A stretch of 29,794 nucleotides of DNA from a virus (Duplodnaviria > Caudoviricetes): positions 1 to 29,794 of the IMG/VR virus record IMGVR_UViG_3300010362_000077, one strand, 5' to 3'. Below, one piece after another: positions 1 to 7,726 of the stretch (the stretch's first letter is position 1; each line of letters begins with the position of its first letter). The notes under the pieces were generated by a model that saw nothing but the letters and a program-made list of their open reading frames with translations, did not search any database and had not been told where the DNA came from. The position numbers and the translations under genes are program-made.

Positions 1-171
1 ATTGAACTTATTTTAGTCATTGCCATCTGTGGATTCCTAGTATGGGCGCTCACCTCGTATGTTCCAATGCCAGCACCTTTCAAGACTGCAATTATCGTAG
101 TTGCAGTTATTGTTTTGATCTTGTATGTCTTACGCGCTTTAGGCATTGGTGATATTCCGATTAGGAGGTAA
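1..171 (+). CDS. Small two-TM membrane protein, Thivi_2564-like (5' truncated by window edge; not in ORF track)
   Basis: Frame 1 reads IELILVIAICGFLVWALTSYVPMPAPFKTAIIVVAVIVLILYVLRALGIGDIPIRR* (TAA 169-171). Two hydrophobic helices are joined by a Y-[IV]-P-M-x-x-x-[FI]-K loop, as I recall for the Thivi_2564 family. Confidence 0.75.
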   Translation: MELILVIAICGFLVWALTSYVPMPAPFKTAIIVVAVIVLILYVLRALGIGDIPIRR

Positions 172-173
172 TC

Positions 174-416
174 ATGCCAATGGAAACTATCATGCCAGGT
201 CAGACTGTAAGTGCAGCTCAGAATGTGATATACGCATTGCCACCGCAGAGATGTGTTGTATATTGTGACGGTACTTCTGCTGCACTAGAAGTATCCAACG
301 ACACTACGTTTACAACTAAGGCTGCCTTAACGTTGACCGCAGGCCAAAGTGAAGCAAATGGGAGATTCATTAGGTCAACTGGTGCGGTTGCTCAAACATT
401 GACAGTTAAAATATAA
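174..416 (+). CDS. Hypothetical small beta-rich protein (possible virion decoration/spike-base-like)
   Basis: 80 aa ORF with strong SD (AGGAGG) just upstream; Thr/Ala/Val-rich, beta-strand-like pattern; its stop overlaps the next ATG (TAATG). Confidence 0.7.
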   Translation: MPMETIMPGQTVSAAQNVIYALPPQRCVVYCDGTSAALEVSNDTTFTTKAALTLTAGQSEANGRFIRSTGAVAQTLTVKI

Positions 417-616
417 TGTCTACAATTGAAGAGAAGCTGAAAGAGATCATAGGTAATCTTGTCTTTCAAATCGCAGCCTTACAGGTGGATCTAGATAGAA
501 CTAGAGAGGAATTGGAAAGATGCTCAGCAAAGAATACATTGCAGGATTTTTCGACGGAGAAGGCCACCTCGGTATTACCATTACGGGGAAAGCCAAGCAG
601 TGCCAACTCAGGTTAA
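416..616 (+). CDS. Hypothetical small coiled-coil protein; 3' part overlaps LAGLIDADG gene
   Basis: TAATG-coupled to the upstream gene. The N-terminal ~35 aa (EEKLKEIIGNLVFQIAALQVDLDRTREELER) are amphipathic/heptad-like. The last ~32 codons run out of frame inside the endonuclease ORF. Confidence 0.65.
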   Translation: MSTIEEKLKEIIGNLVFQIAALQVDLDRTREELERCSAKNTLQDFSTEKATSVLPLRGKPSSANSG

Positions 617-984
617 CTTTTGTTAATACTAACTACGAAATATTAGAGATGATTAACTTTCAATATGGTGGATATATAACTTTGTCTGGTACTTCGAGAC
701 CGTGGGCAGCAAGTTATAGATCAGATTGGAAAACATCATATCAACTGAAATTACGTCCATTAGAGATTGTAAGATTTGTAAATGACATGAAAGATCTAGT
801 TATAGTTAAAGCTCCACAGATTAAGTTGGCTCTTGAATTCATTGAATACATGAACTCAAAAGATAGATTTGAAAATGTTCCAAAAGCTGTAGGAGCATTT
901 AGGAAAAGAACAGAGGAATCCATTGCCAAGGAGTTAGAGTTCAAAGATAGAATGCACGTCCTTAACAGGACTGGAGCTGCATAA
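520..984 (+). CDS. Free-standing single-motif LAGLIDADG homing endonuclease (HEG-1)
   Basis: YIAGFFDGEG motif near the N-terminus; beta-strand region LRLTFVNTN; LVIVKAPQ (I-CreI-like LKLKQKQ region); C-terminal RMHVLNR. GAGGA SD lies inside the upstream gene. Confidence 0.9.
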   Translation: MLSKEYIAGFFDGEGHLGITITGKAKQCQLRLTFVNTNYEILEMINFQYGGYITLSGTSRPWAASYRSDWKTSYQLKLRPLEIVRFVNDMKDLVIVKAPQIKLALEFIEYMNSKDRFENVPKAVGAFRKRTEESIAKELEFKDRMHVLNRTGAA

Positions 985-985
985 C

Positions 986-1165
986 TTGCCTTGGAACGAG
1001 GTAATGTCGAAGTTCAAGAGGGGTACTCTTGAATCAGGTTCAGGTGGTAAAGTAACAAATAGAGCACAGGCTCTTGCAATTTTAATGTCTGAGAAACGCA
1101 AGGCCAAGCAAGGCAAGTCCGAGTATAAGTCTAGCACAGATAAGTTGAACGGCTATGGCAAGTAG
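986..1165 (+). CDS. Small basic protein, DUF6496-like (TTG start; not in ORF track)
   Basis: Translates (M)PWNEVMSKFKRGTLESGSGGKVTNRAQALAILMSEKRKAKQGKSEYKSSTDKLNGYGK*. It matches the recalled DUF6496 pattern VMxEFKxGTLxSGSGxKVTxRxQAIAIxLSE. The GGAG SD is supplied by the 3' end of HEG-1. Confidence 0.8.
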   Translation: MPWNEVMSKFKRGTLESGSGGKVTNRAQALAILMSEKRKAKQGKSEYKSSTDKLNGYGK

Positions 1166-1451
1166 TGTCTTGAATACTGATGATAAAAGATACCCAGAGC
1201 TAGACATTGCTACTTGTGATTTAGTTGGAGTATTTAGGATAAACGGTGGCAAGCTGATTGTTCATAGGTTGCCGGAATGGCCTCCTCTTACTTGTTCTTG
1301 GAGTCGTACTTCTACTTGTGAAGAGCTTGCTGATTACGTTATCACTCTTGTCCCTTACTCAGGTGATTCGTATTTGAATCACTTATGTGAGTTGCACTAT
1401 CAGTTCTCGCAGAAATATATCTTTCCGTTGCCGATAGAGGTAGTTCATTAG
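1155..1451 (+). CDS. Hypothetical protein
   Basis: 98 aa ORF filling the gap in the + strand operon. It contains C..CEEL and HLCELH (possible metal ligands). The start is uncertain and there is no clear SD. Confidence 0.5.
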   Translation: MASSVLNTDDKRYPELDIATCDLVGVFRINGGKLIVHRLPEWPPLTCSWSRTSTCEELADYVITLVPYSGDSYLNHLCELHYQFSQKYIFPLPIEVVH

Positions 1452-1480
1452 TAGCACTGAAACAGCATGTGAGGTGTGAA

Positions 1481-1714
1481 ATGATTGACAAGCCGTATGC
1501 GTATCACAAGCCTTCGGCAGATGGAATGATGAAGATTAACAGACTTCGAGATCACTTTAGCGAAGGTGAAAGACTTATGAAAGAAGTCTGTCCTGATTCT
1601 CGCCAGCGTAGCGTGGCAATTACGAATAACGAACAAACAGCGATGTGGGCAATCAAGTCAGTTGTGTTTAATGATCCGCAATCAGAAGTGGAAGTAGAAT
1701 CAAGTAAGGAGTAA
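1481..1714 (+). CDS. Acb2/Tad1-like helical-hairpin protein (candidate immune-signal sponge)
   Basis: ATG 1481 is preceded by a GAGGTG SD. Motifs YAYHKP...INRLR...CPDSRQRSVAITNNEQTAMWAIKSV resemble the Tad1 segment SRENACALTHVEEALMW and the 'YHxP...SRExSLAxTxLEExxMW' phage family. Confidence 0.65.
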   Translation: MIDKPYAYHKPSADGMMKINRLRDHFSEGERLMKEVCPDSRQRSVAITNNEQTAMWAIKSVVFNDPQSEVEVESSKE

Positions 1715-1717
1715 ATC

Positions 1718-2068
1718 ATGCCAGCAGCAAAGACAGAAGCCGAATTGCTTACTGAATTCGAGGCGGCAAATCCAAAAGTGAAATTGCCACCGTCAACTCA
1801 CATCACTGAGATGCCATCAACATGGGCTGTCAATGATACTGTACCTTCCGTATCAGACATGATTGGTGCAACTATCAAAGTAGGAGATAAGGTCAAGGTT
1901 GTCTGTACAGTTACTGCTGTTGCAGATAATGGAGATACTGTATCTCTTGAAACCTATTACAAGGCTCTGCCTGCTGCTGCATTTACTCAACCACCGCCTG
2001 ATCCAATGCCTGAACCGCAAACTGTAACTTTCGATATCTCTCGTTCTCTCTTGATGAAAGAGCAGTAG
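1718..2068 (+). CDS. Hypothetical protein with KOW/SH3-like beta core
   Basis: AAGGAG SD; DMIGATIKVGDKVKVVCTVTAV resembles a KOW/SH3-type barrel; Pro-rich loop; directly upstream of terL. Confidence 0.65.
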   Translation: MPAAKTEAELLTEFEAANPKVKLPPSTHITEMPSTWAVNDTVPSVSDMIGATIKVGDKVKVVCTVTAVADNGDTVSLETYYKALPAAAFTQPPPDPMPEPQTVTFDISRSLLMKEQ

Positions 2069-3768
2069 TGAGTAAAATAATCGGACTGGGTGATGAGAAC
2101 GAATCAATATCAGGTGTAACAAGTGTATCTAATCCCGAACAAGTTCTGGCTAAAGAATGGAAGCCTACACAGAAACAAAGAGAAGTCCTGCAATTGCCAG
2201 ACACAATCTTTGAATGTTTAGGGGGAGGAGCGGCAGGAGGTGGCAAGACTGACTTAACTATACTAGAAGATCCTACTAGACAATTAACAGAGCATCCTAA
2301 ATTCAAGGCGCTAATCCTACGGAGAACATATGCCGATCTTGAAAAAGAAATCATTCCACGCTCGACGGAATGGTATGCGCCGGCCGGTGCTGTATACAAT
2401 GAGACAAAGAAAAGATGGACATGGCCTAGCGGTGCTATCACGCAGTTCGGACATGCCGAGAGAGAACAGGATGTTAGGAAATACGATACTGCTGAGTACA
2501 ATACTATCAAATGGGAAGAGGCTACAGGCTTTACAGGTTTTCAGTATCTCTACCTTACGATTACTCGCTGTAGGAGTTCATCTCCAGATTTACCAGCGTT
2601 TGTGCGAGGTTACACAAATCCTGGCAACGTAGGACATGGATTCTTCAAGAAGCGATTCATTGATCCATGTCCAGCGGGAAGACGAATAATTATCGACAAG
2701 ATAACAAGACAAAAAAGAATATACATTCCATTTCTAGGTAAAGATAATCCACACTTACTCAAGAACGATCCTACCTACCTCGTTCGATTAGAAGGCCTTC
2801 CTGAAGTTGAAAAGAAAGCTAAGTTGTATGGTGACTGGTCTAGCTATGAAGGACAAGTCTTTAGTGAATTCAGAATCCTGCATTTGGCAGACGAACCGGA
2901 GAATGCTTTCCATGTCATGCCACCGGCAGTAATTCCAGAATGGTGGCCAAAGATACTGTGTATTGACTGGGGTTGGGAAGCAATGACGTTTGCCATATGG
3001 GCAGCTATATCTCCTATTGGCAGATGCTACATTTACAGAACTTGGTTCTGGACTAAGACTACAATTAAGGAATGGTCTAGAGAATGTGTTAATCTATCAG
3101 GTGATGAACAATTTGAAGATGCTTTGATTTGCCATTCAGCAGGACAGCATAGAGGAGAAGAGAAAACAATCTTAGAGCAAGTAAACGAATCATTTGATGG
3201 TCGAGCCACTTTTAGACTAGGCGATAGAGATCGAGTTGGTGGCAAGTCAATGGTTCATGAATATCTAAGATGGGAACAAAGGCCACACATCACAATGCCA
3301 GAAGTTGTCTATGACCAGGAACTTGCAGCGGCTATCTTGAGGAAGGGCGGAGAACAGAAATACTACGAGTATTTGGCTCAATTCTCGCCACCGGAACCGG
3401 AGAGGAACATACCAAAGCTACAGATTTTCAGTCACTGCTATCCACAAACTCAACGGGAGAATAAAGAACTAATCGACGTAATTCCAAGCTGTGTTCCCGC
3501 CGAGAATAATCCTGAAGATGTTGAAGAGTTTCAAGGAGATGACCCGTATGATTGTCTTAGGATGATTGTCAAGTGTGCCAATAGATATGTTGACATGTCA
3601 TCGGCTGAACATGAAAGACGGAAGAAGTTACAGAAGGTGCTAGATGATCTCGCTGCTACATACAATCAAACGAATTTCTATCGACAGATGGAGAAGCTTG
3701 AGAAGGAACTTACACAGCATAGTTCAGTACGTGCGAGAAGTAGGCTCGGCCACCGTAGGATTCATTAG
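2068..3768 (+). CDS. terL: Terminase large subunit (ATPase + RNase H-like nuclease)
   Basis: PTQKQ (Q-motif), Walker A GGGAAGGGKT, ILRRTYADL, Walker B IKWEEAT, coupling motif YTNPG, DNPHL...Y, LYGDW...GQVF, nuclease LCIDWG and DDPYD. GTG start overlaps the upstream stop. Confidence 0.95.
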   Translation: MSKIIGLGDENESISGVTSVSNPEQVLAKEWKPTQKQREVLQLPDTIFECLGGGAAGGGKTDLTILEDPTRQLTEHPKFKALILRRTYADLEKEIIPRSTEWYAPAGAVYNETKKRWTWPSGAITQFGHAEREQDVRKYDTAEYNTIKWEEATGFTGFQYLYLTITRCRSSSPDLPAFVRGYTNPGNVGHGFFKKRFIDPCPAGRRIIIDKITRQKRIYIPFLGKDNPHLLKNDPTYLVRLEGLPEVEKKAKLYGDWSSYEGQVFSEFRILHLADEPENAFHVMPPAVIPEWWPKILCIDWGWEAMTFAIWAAISPIGRCYIYRTWFWTKTTIKEWSRECVNLSGDEQFEDALICHSAGQHRGEEKTILEQVNESFDGRATFRLGDRDRVGGKSMVHEYLRWEQRPHITMPEVVYDQELAAAILRKGGEQKYYEYLAQFSPPEPERNIPKLQIFSHCYPQTQRENKELIDVIPSCVPAENNPEDVEEFQGDDPYDCLRMIVKCANRYVDMSSAEHERRKKLQKVLDDLAATYNQTNFYRQMEKLEKELTQHSSVRARSRLGHRRIH

Positions 3769-4057
3769 CAAATATCCAGAATGTCCATCTTGTGCAGTCT
3801 ATAGGGAATGGTTAGAAGTAGAGACTCAAGAGAAAAGATTGTACTACGAATTGCTAATGAAACACTTAGGTGCTATTCGACCTGAAGCAGAGTCAGTAGA
3901 TAAGATAGAACACATGCCTGTTGTTCATAGACAGGCAACGTTATCATATATTCGTCAGCAATTAGAAAAGAATTCTAAGGCTCAAGTCGCGCTCAAGAGA
4001 GACTTGACTCCAGGTGAAGCAATATTTCAGGAGAACTTGAATGCCCAAAGTAAATGA
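3644..4057 (+). CDS. Hypothetical protein with CxxC followed by coiled coil
   Basis: ORF between terL and portal; ECPSCAVYREWLE then a helical segment. The start is uncertain because it overlaps the terL 3' end by 125 nt. Confidence 0.6.
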   Translation: MISLLHTIKRISIDRWRSLRRNLHSIVQYVREVGSATVGFISKYPECPSCAVYREWLEVETQEKRLYYELLMKHLGAIRPEAESVDKIEHMPVVHRQATLSYIRQQLEKNSKAQVALKRDLTPGEAIFQENLNAQSK

Positions 4058-4196
4058 CGCCAAGGCAATGTCCTTGTCTCCTATGTCCTTCTTTGGAGGG
4101 ATGAAGGGAGGAAAGAATGGGACAAAAGACGAACCTAAGATGAAAAAGAAGAAGCCGCATCCGTTCAATAAGTTTGGTAAGCAGTTCGGCAAGTAA
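4041..4196 (+). CDS. Small basic Lys/Gly/Met-rich protein (not in ORF track)
   Basis: CAGGAG SD, then MPKVNDAKAMSLSPMSFFGGMKGGKNGTKDEPKMKKKKPHPFNKFGKQFGK* (51 aa). It exactly fills the gap before the portal ATG at 4200. Confidence 0.7.
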   Translation: MPKVNDAKAMSLSPMSFFGGMKGGKNGTKDEPKMKKKKPHPFNKFGKQFGK

Positions 4197-4199
4197 GTC

Positions 4200-6464
4200 A
4201 TGTTCCCGCTAACTAAAGAGAAGGAGATGCTATCCGCCAAGGATGGCACTATTGCAGATAGTGGTCTGCCTCCTGATCCTGGACAAGATCAAAGAAATGA
4301 ACAGATAGAGACAGCACTTCTAGATTTAGTCAGGAACGCGGAGAAGGAAGATGAAGATTTACGCTGGTCTATGCTCAAGGAATGCAAGCGTAACGATTAC
4401 TACTTCAACAACATCCAAACTATATTTTACGACGAAGCAGCCCGTGATTACCGTACAATTGATTCAGCTCTCGCCGAAATGGAACGGTATGGATTGCCAG
4501 CAGTTGATAATGTCAAGCTTGTCAACATATACCGCGCCTACGCCGAATCTCTGATAGCAGCCTTATCTATCGATTTGCCGAATATGGATGTTCGGCCTGA
4601 TGATGCAGAGAACCCGGATGACATCGAAACAGCAGAAACTTATATTCGCGCTGGTGATATTATATCTAAGCATAATGCTGCTTCGTTGATGTTGATCAAA
4701 GCCTTAACTATACAGTACAATTGCGGAACTGTATTTGGACATAACTATTACAAACGCGATCCCGGTTTCGGAGTAGTTGTAAGGCCGTCAAAGACTAACA
4801 AGATTGCTCAAGAAGTCTACGACTTGCGATGCGTAAATTGCGGTGAATTGTTGGACAGTTCAGTTCCGGCATCTGTAGTCCAATACAATGAGAACATTGA
4901 ATGTCCAAGCTGTGGCTATATTGGACAACCTAATTCTGTAGCAAGACTTGACTATCAAACTGAAGTTGTAGAGTATGAAGAAACTCCGAAGGGAATGTCA
5001 GGATTCGATATCTTTGGACCAACTCACGTAAAGGTTCCCTTGTATGCCCGGCGACAGGAAAATGTTGGATATCTCATTCTTAGGCTTGAGGACCACAAAG
5101 CTAAGTGGCAAGCTGTCTATAAAGATCATCGTGACTCCATTGACAACGAAGCTGGAGATACAGAACGATATGAAAGATGGGCTAGAATCCCTCCTGAATA
5201 TCAGGGATCTATGCCAAAAGACTTAGTTACTGGAAGATTTGCATGGTTTCGTCCTTGGTATTATAATACTCTAGATGATGAAGAGAAAGAGAATCTACTA
5301 AATGATGAGTTCCCTAATGGAGTATTCGTTACTGTAATAGGACAGAAGGTTGTCGAGACGAAACACGAAAAGCTTGACGAGCACTGGACGATTAGTTTTG
5401 ACCCAAGATCAAACTTTATTCATGCGGAACCACCTGGAAATTCTCTTGTACCGATGCAGGATGCTACAACTGACATATTCAATCTTGGCTTACAGAGTGT
5501 TGAATATGGGATTCCTGAAACGTTCGTACATCCTAAGACACTGAACCTGGCTAACTATGCTAAACAAAAAGCAGCACCCGGAATGATGACGAATGCTTTA
5601 CCTCCAGAACCAGGAAGGCAGTTGAGTGAAGGGTTTCATACTATTAAGAGTGCTACACTTAGTGGTGAATATACGCAATTCACTAAGGACCTTACTGCTA
5701 CGACTCAGTTTGTTACTGGTGCGTTCCCGTCTATATTTGGTGGATCTCCATCGTCAGGCAGTGATACGGCGACTGAATATGTCGAATCAAGAGGAAGAGC
5801 ATTACAAAGACTTCAATTGACATGGGGAATGATTAAGTCGTTTTGGTCAAAACTAATCTTCAAATGTACTTCAGATTATCTGAATAATCTTCTGGAAGAT
5901 GATAGATTCACCGACAAGCAAAATGGAGCCTTCGTCAACGTCTGGATTAGAAAGGCTTCCGCTCAAGGTAAGGTTGGTCATGTAGAACCGGAGATTAACG
6001 GTCAGTTACCACAGAGCTGGTCACAAAAGAAAGATTTCATCATGCAGTTAGTGACCATGCAGAATCCTGAGATTGGCAAGATTATACTGCATCCTTCTAA
6101 TAGCGAACTATTGAAGGAAGCCGTTGGAATGCCAGAGTTTTATATTCCCGGTGAAGGGGATAGGAACAAACAGTGGTCTGAGTTCTATAAGCTGATTGAG
6201 GAACAACCTCTCGCTGAGAACAAATCATCCGTTCAGATTGATGTGGATGTTGATGACCACATTGTTCATATGCTTGTTCTTAAGGATATCTTAGTAAGTC
6301 CCACTGGTGTTCAGTTATACCGTGAGAATCCTGCTGGATATCAGAATTGTATTGCTCATTATCGCGATCATGAAATGGCTAATCAAGCTAAGACTGCTGC
6401 TCCGGCAGGTATTAGTGGACCAGGACAACAACCTGCTACTGCTTCTCGTTCTCAGGAAGGTTAG
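4200..6464 (+). CDS. Portal protein (P22-like, large) with inserted Zn-ribbon
   Basis: 754 aa, positioned between terL and scaffold/capsid. Portal-like segments are VNIYRAY.ESL, RP...DD.E.AE, LVPMQD..TD..N, VTGAF....G....SDTAT. It has CVNC...CPSC at 4830-4913. Confidence 0.85.
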   Translation: MFPLTKEKEMLSAKDGTIADSGLPPDPGQDQRNEQIETALLDLVRNAEKEDEDLRWSMLKECKRNDYYFNNIQTIFYDEAARDYRTIDSALAEMERYGLPAVDNVKLVNIYRAYAESLIAALSIDLPNMDVRPDDAENPDDIETAETYIRAGDIISKHNAASLMLIKALTIQYNCGTVFGHNYYKRDPGFGVVVRPSKTNKIAQEVYDLRCVNCGELLDSSVPASVVQYNENIECPSCGYIGQPNSVARLDYQTEVVEYEETPKGMSGFDIFGPTHVKVPLYARRQENVGYLILRLEDHKAKWQAVYKDHRDSIDNEAGDTERYERWARIPPEYQGSMPKDLVTGRFAWFRPWYYNTLDDEEKENLLNDEFPNGVFVTVIGQKVVETKHEKLDEHWTISFDPRSNFIHAEPPGNSLVPMQDATTDIFNLGLQSVEYGIPETFVHPKTLNLANYAKQKAAPGMMTNALPPEPGRQLSEGFHTIKSATLSGEYTQFTKDLTATTQFVTGAFPSIFGGSPSSGSDTATEYVESRGRALQRLQLTWGMIKSFWSKLIFKCTSDYLNNLLEDDRFTDKQNGAFVNVWIRKASAQGKVGHVEPEINGQLPQSWSQKKDFIMQLVTMQNPEIGKIILHPSNSELLKEAVGMPEFYIPGEGDRNKQWSEFYKLIEEQPLAENKSSVQIDVDVDDHIVHMLVLKDILVSPTGVQLYRENPAGYQNCIAHYRDHEMANQAKTAAPAGISGPGQQPATASRSQEG

Positions 6465-6475
6465 GTAAATAATCT

Positions 6476-7726
6476 ATGGCAGAAGATGTGGAAGTTCAAG
6501 ACGAGAAGGATGATGCTGATCTTTTAGCTGAGGATGAGAAAGATGTCGAATCGAAATCAGACTCAGAAGAAGTGGAAGAAGGATCAGAAGAAGAGACAGA
6601 TACAAGCGATGAGGATAGAGAAGGAGACGAGGGAGAAGGAGATGACGAGGAAGAGAAAGAAGCAAGCGGGGAATCTGACACCGAAGAGGATAAAGAATCT
6701 GAGGAGGACGCTGAGGCACGAATAACTCATTACTCCGACATTAAGAAAGCTTATCCTGACTTCTTCAAGAAGTTTCCTGATATTCGTGCTGCATTATTTC
6801 GTGATCAGGAATACGCCCGTGTACTTGGTTCACCTAAGGAAGCAGAACAAATATCTAAACGAGCAGCTACACTAGACAATATCGAAGAAGATATCTTCAA
6901 TAAGAATGACGTTGGTGAGCTACTCAAGACAATCCAGAGTTCCAGTAGGGAATCATTTGAAAAAGTATCGCTCGATTTCATGGAACAAGTTGGTAAGCTT
7001 GATAAAGACTTGTACTATGAAATGTGTGCAGTTCCAATCAAGCGCCTTCTGAGGAGTGCTTGGAAGGAAGGCGATGGAACTAAGACTGATTTAGGCAAGG
7101 CAGCGGCTTATATTCATAACTACTTCTTTGGCAATTATGAGTTTGAACACAAGGTTAGAGGTGAGCTAGAAGTCAAACCTACTCCGAAAAGTGCAACGGA
7201 GAAGGAATATGAGAAGAGACTTGAGCAGTTAGAAGCTAGAGAGCAAACTAACTTCTCTTCTGCTGCTCATCAATCATACGTCGCTCGTATGAATGAATTT
7301 ATTCTGGCTGGAATTAAGGAAGATGAACGGATGACTGGCTATCTTAGAAATAAGGTAGCTGAAGATATATTGGTAGAGATTAAGTCGCAACTTGAAAAAG
7401 ATCCTCGCTACATGAACCAGCAGGCATTGCTTTGGAAACAAGCGAAATCTGACGGCTATACTAAGGATTCCAAGTCCAGAATAGTAAACGCGGCACTGGC
7501 CCGCGCGAAATCCTTAGTGCCCAGGATTAGAAGTAGACTTGTTGCTGAAGCGTTAAATAAGAAAGTAAAGAAGGAATCACCGGGCCCTGATAGAACGGAA
7601 AAGAATAACGGTCAAGCTAAGTCTTTCAAACCTTCTGTGGAAAGAAGAGTTACAGGGCGAAACGAGGGGTTTCGTGAAAGACGAGAAAGACCAAAGAGTG
7701 ACATTGACATCTTAAGGGAAAGATAA
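6476..7726 (+). CDS. Capsid scaffolding protein
   Basis: Very acidic, disordered N-terminal ~80 aa, helical core and basic C-terminus; located between portal and major capsid gene. Confidence 0.75.
   Translation: MAEDVEVQDEKDDADLLAEDEKDVESKSDSEEVEEGSEEETDTSDEDREGDEGEGDDEEEKEASGESDTEEDKESEEDAEARITHYSDIKKAYPDFFKKFPDIRAALFRDQEYARVLGSPKEAEQISKRAATLDNIEEDIFNKNDVGELLKTIQSSSRESFEKVSLDFMEQVGKLDKDLYYEMCAVPIKRLLRSAWKEGDGTKTDLGKAAAYIHNYFFGNYEFEHKVRGELEVKPTPKSATEKEYEKRLEQLEAREQTNFSSAAHQSYVARMNEFILAGIKEDERMTGYLRNKVAEDILVEIKSQLEKDPRYMNQQALLWKQAKSDGYTKDSKSRIVNAALARAKSLVPRIRSRLVAEALNKKVKKESPGPDRTEKNNGQAKSFKPSVERRVTGRNEGFRERRERPKSDIDILRER

Noticed and set aside
6480-6715. Purine-rich GAA/GAG/GAT low-complexity stretch
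   Set aside because: It encodes the acidic N-terminus of the scaffold protein and is not a nucleotide repeat array.
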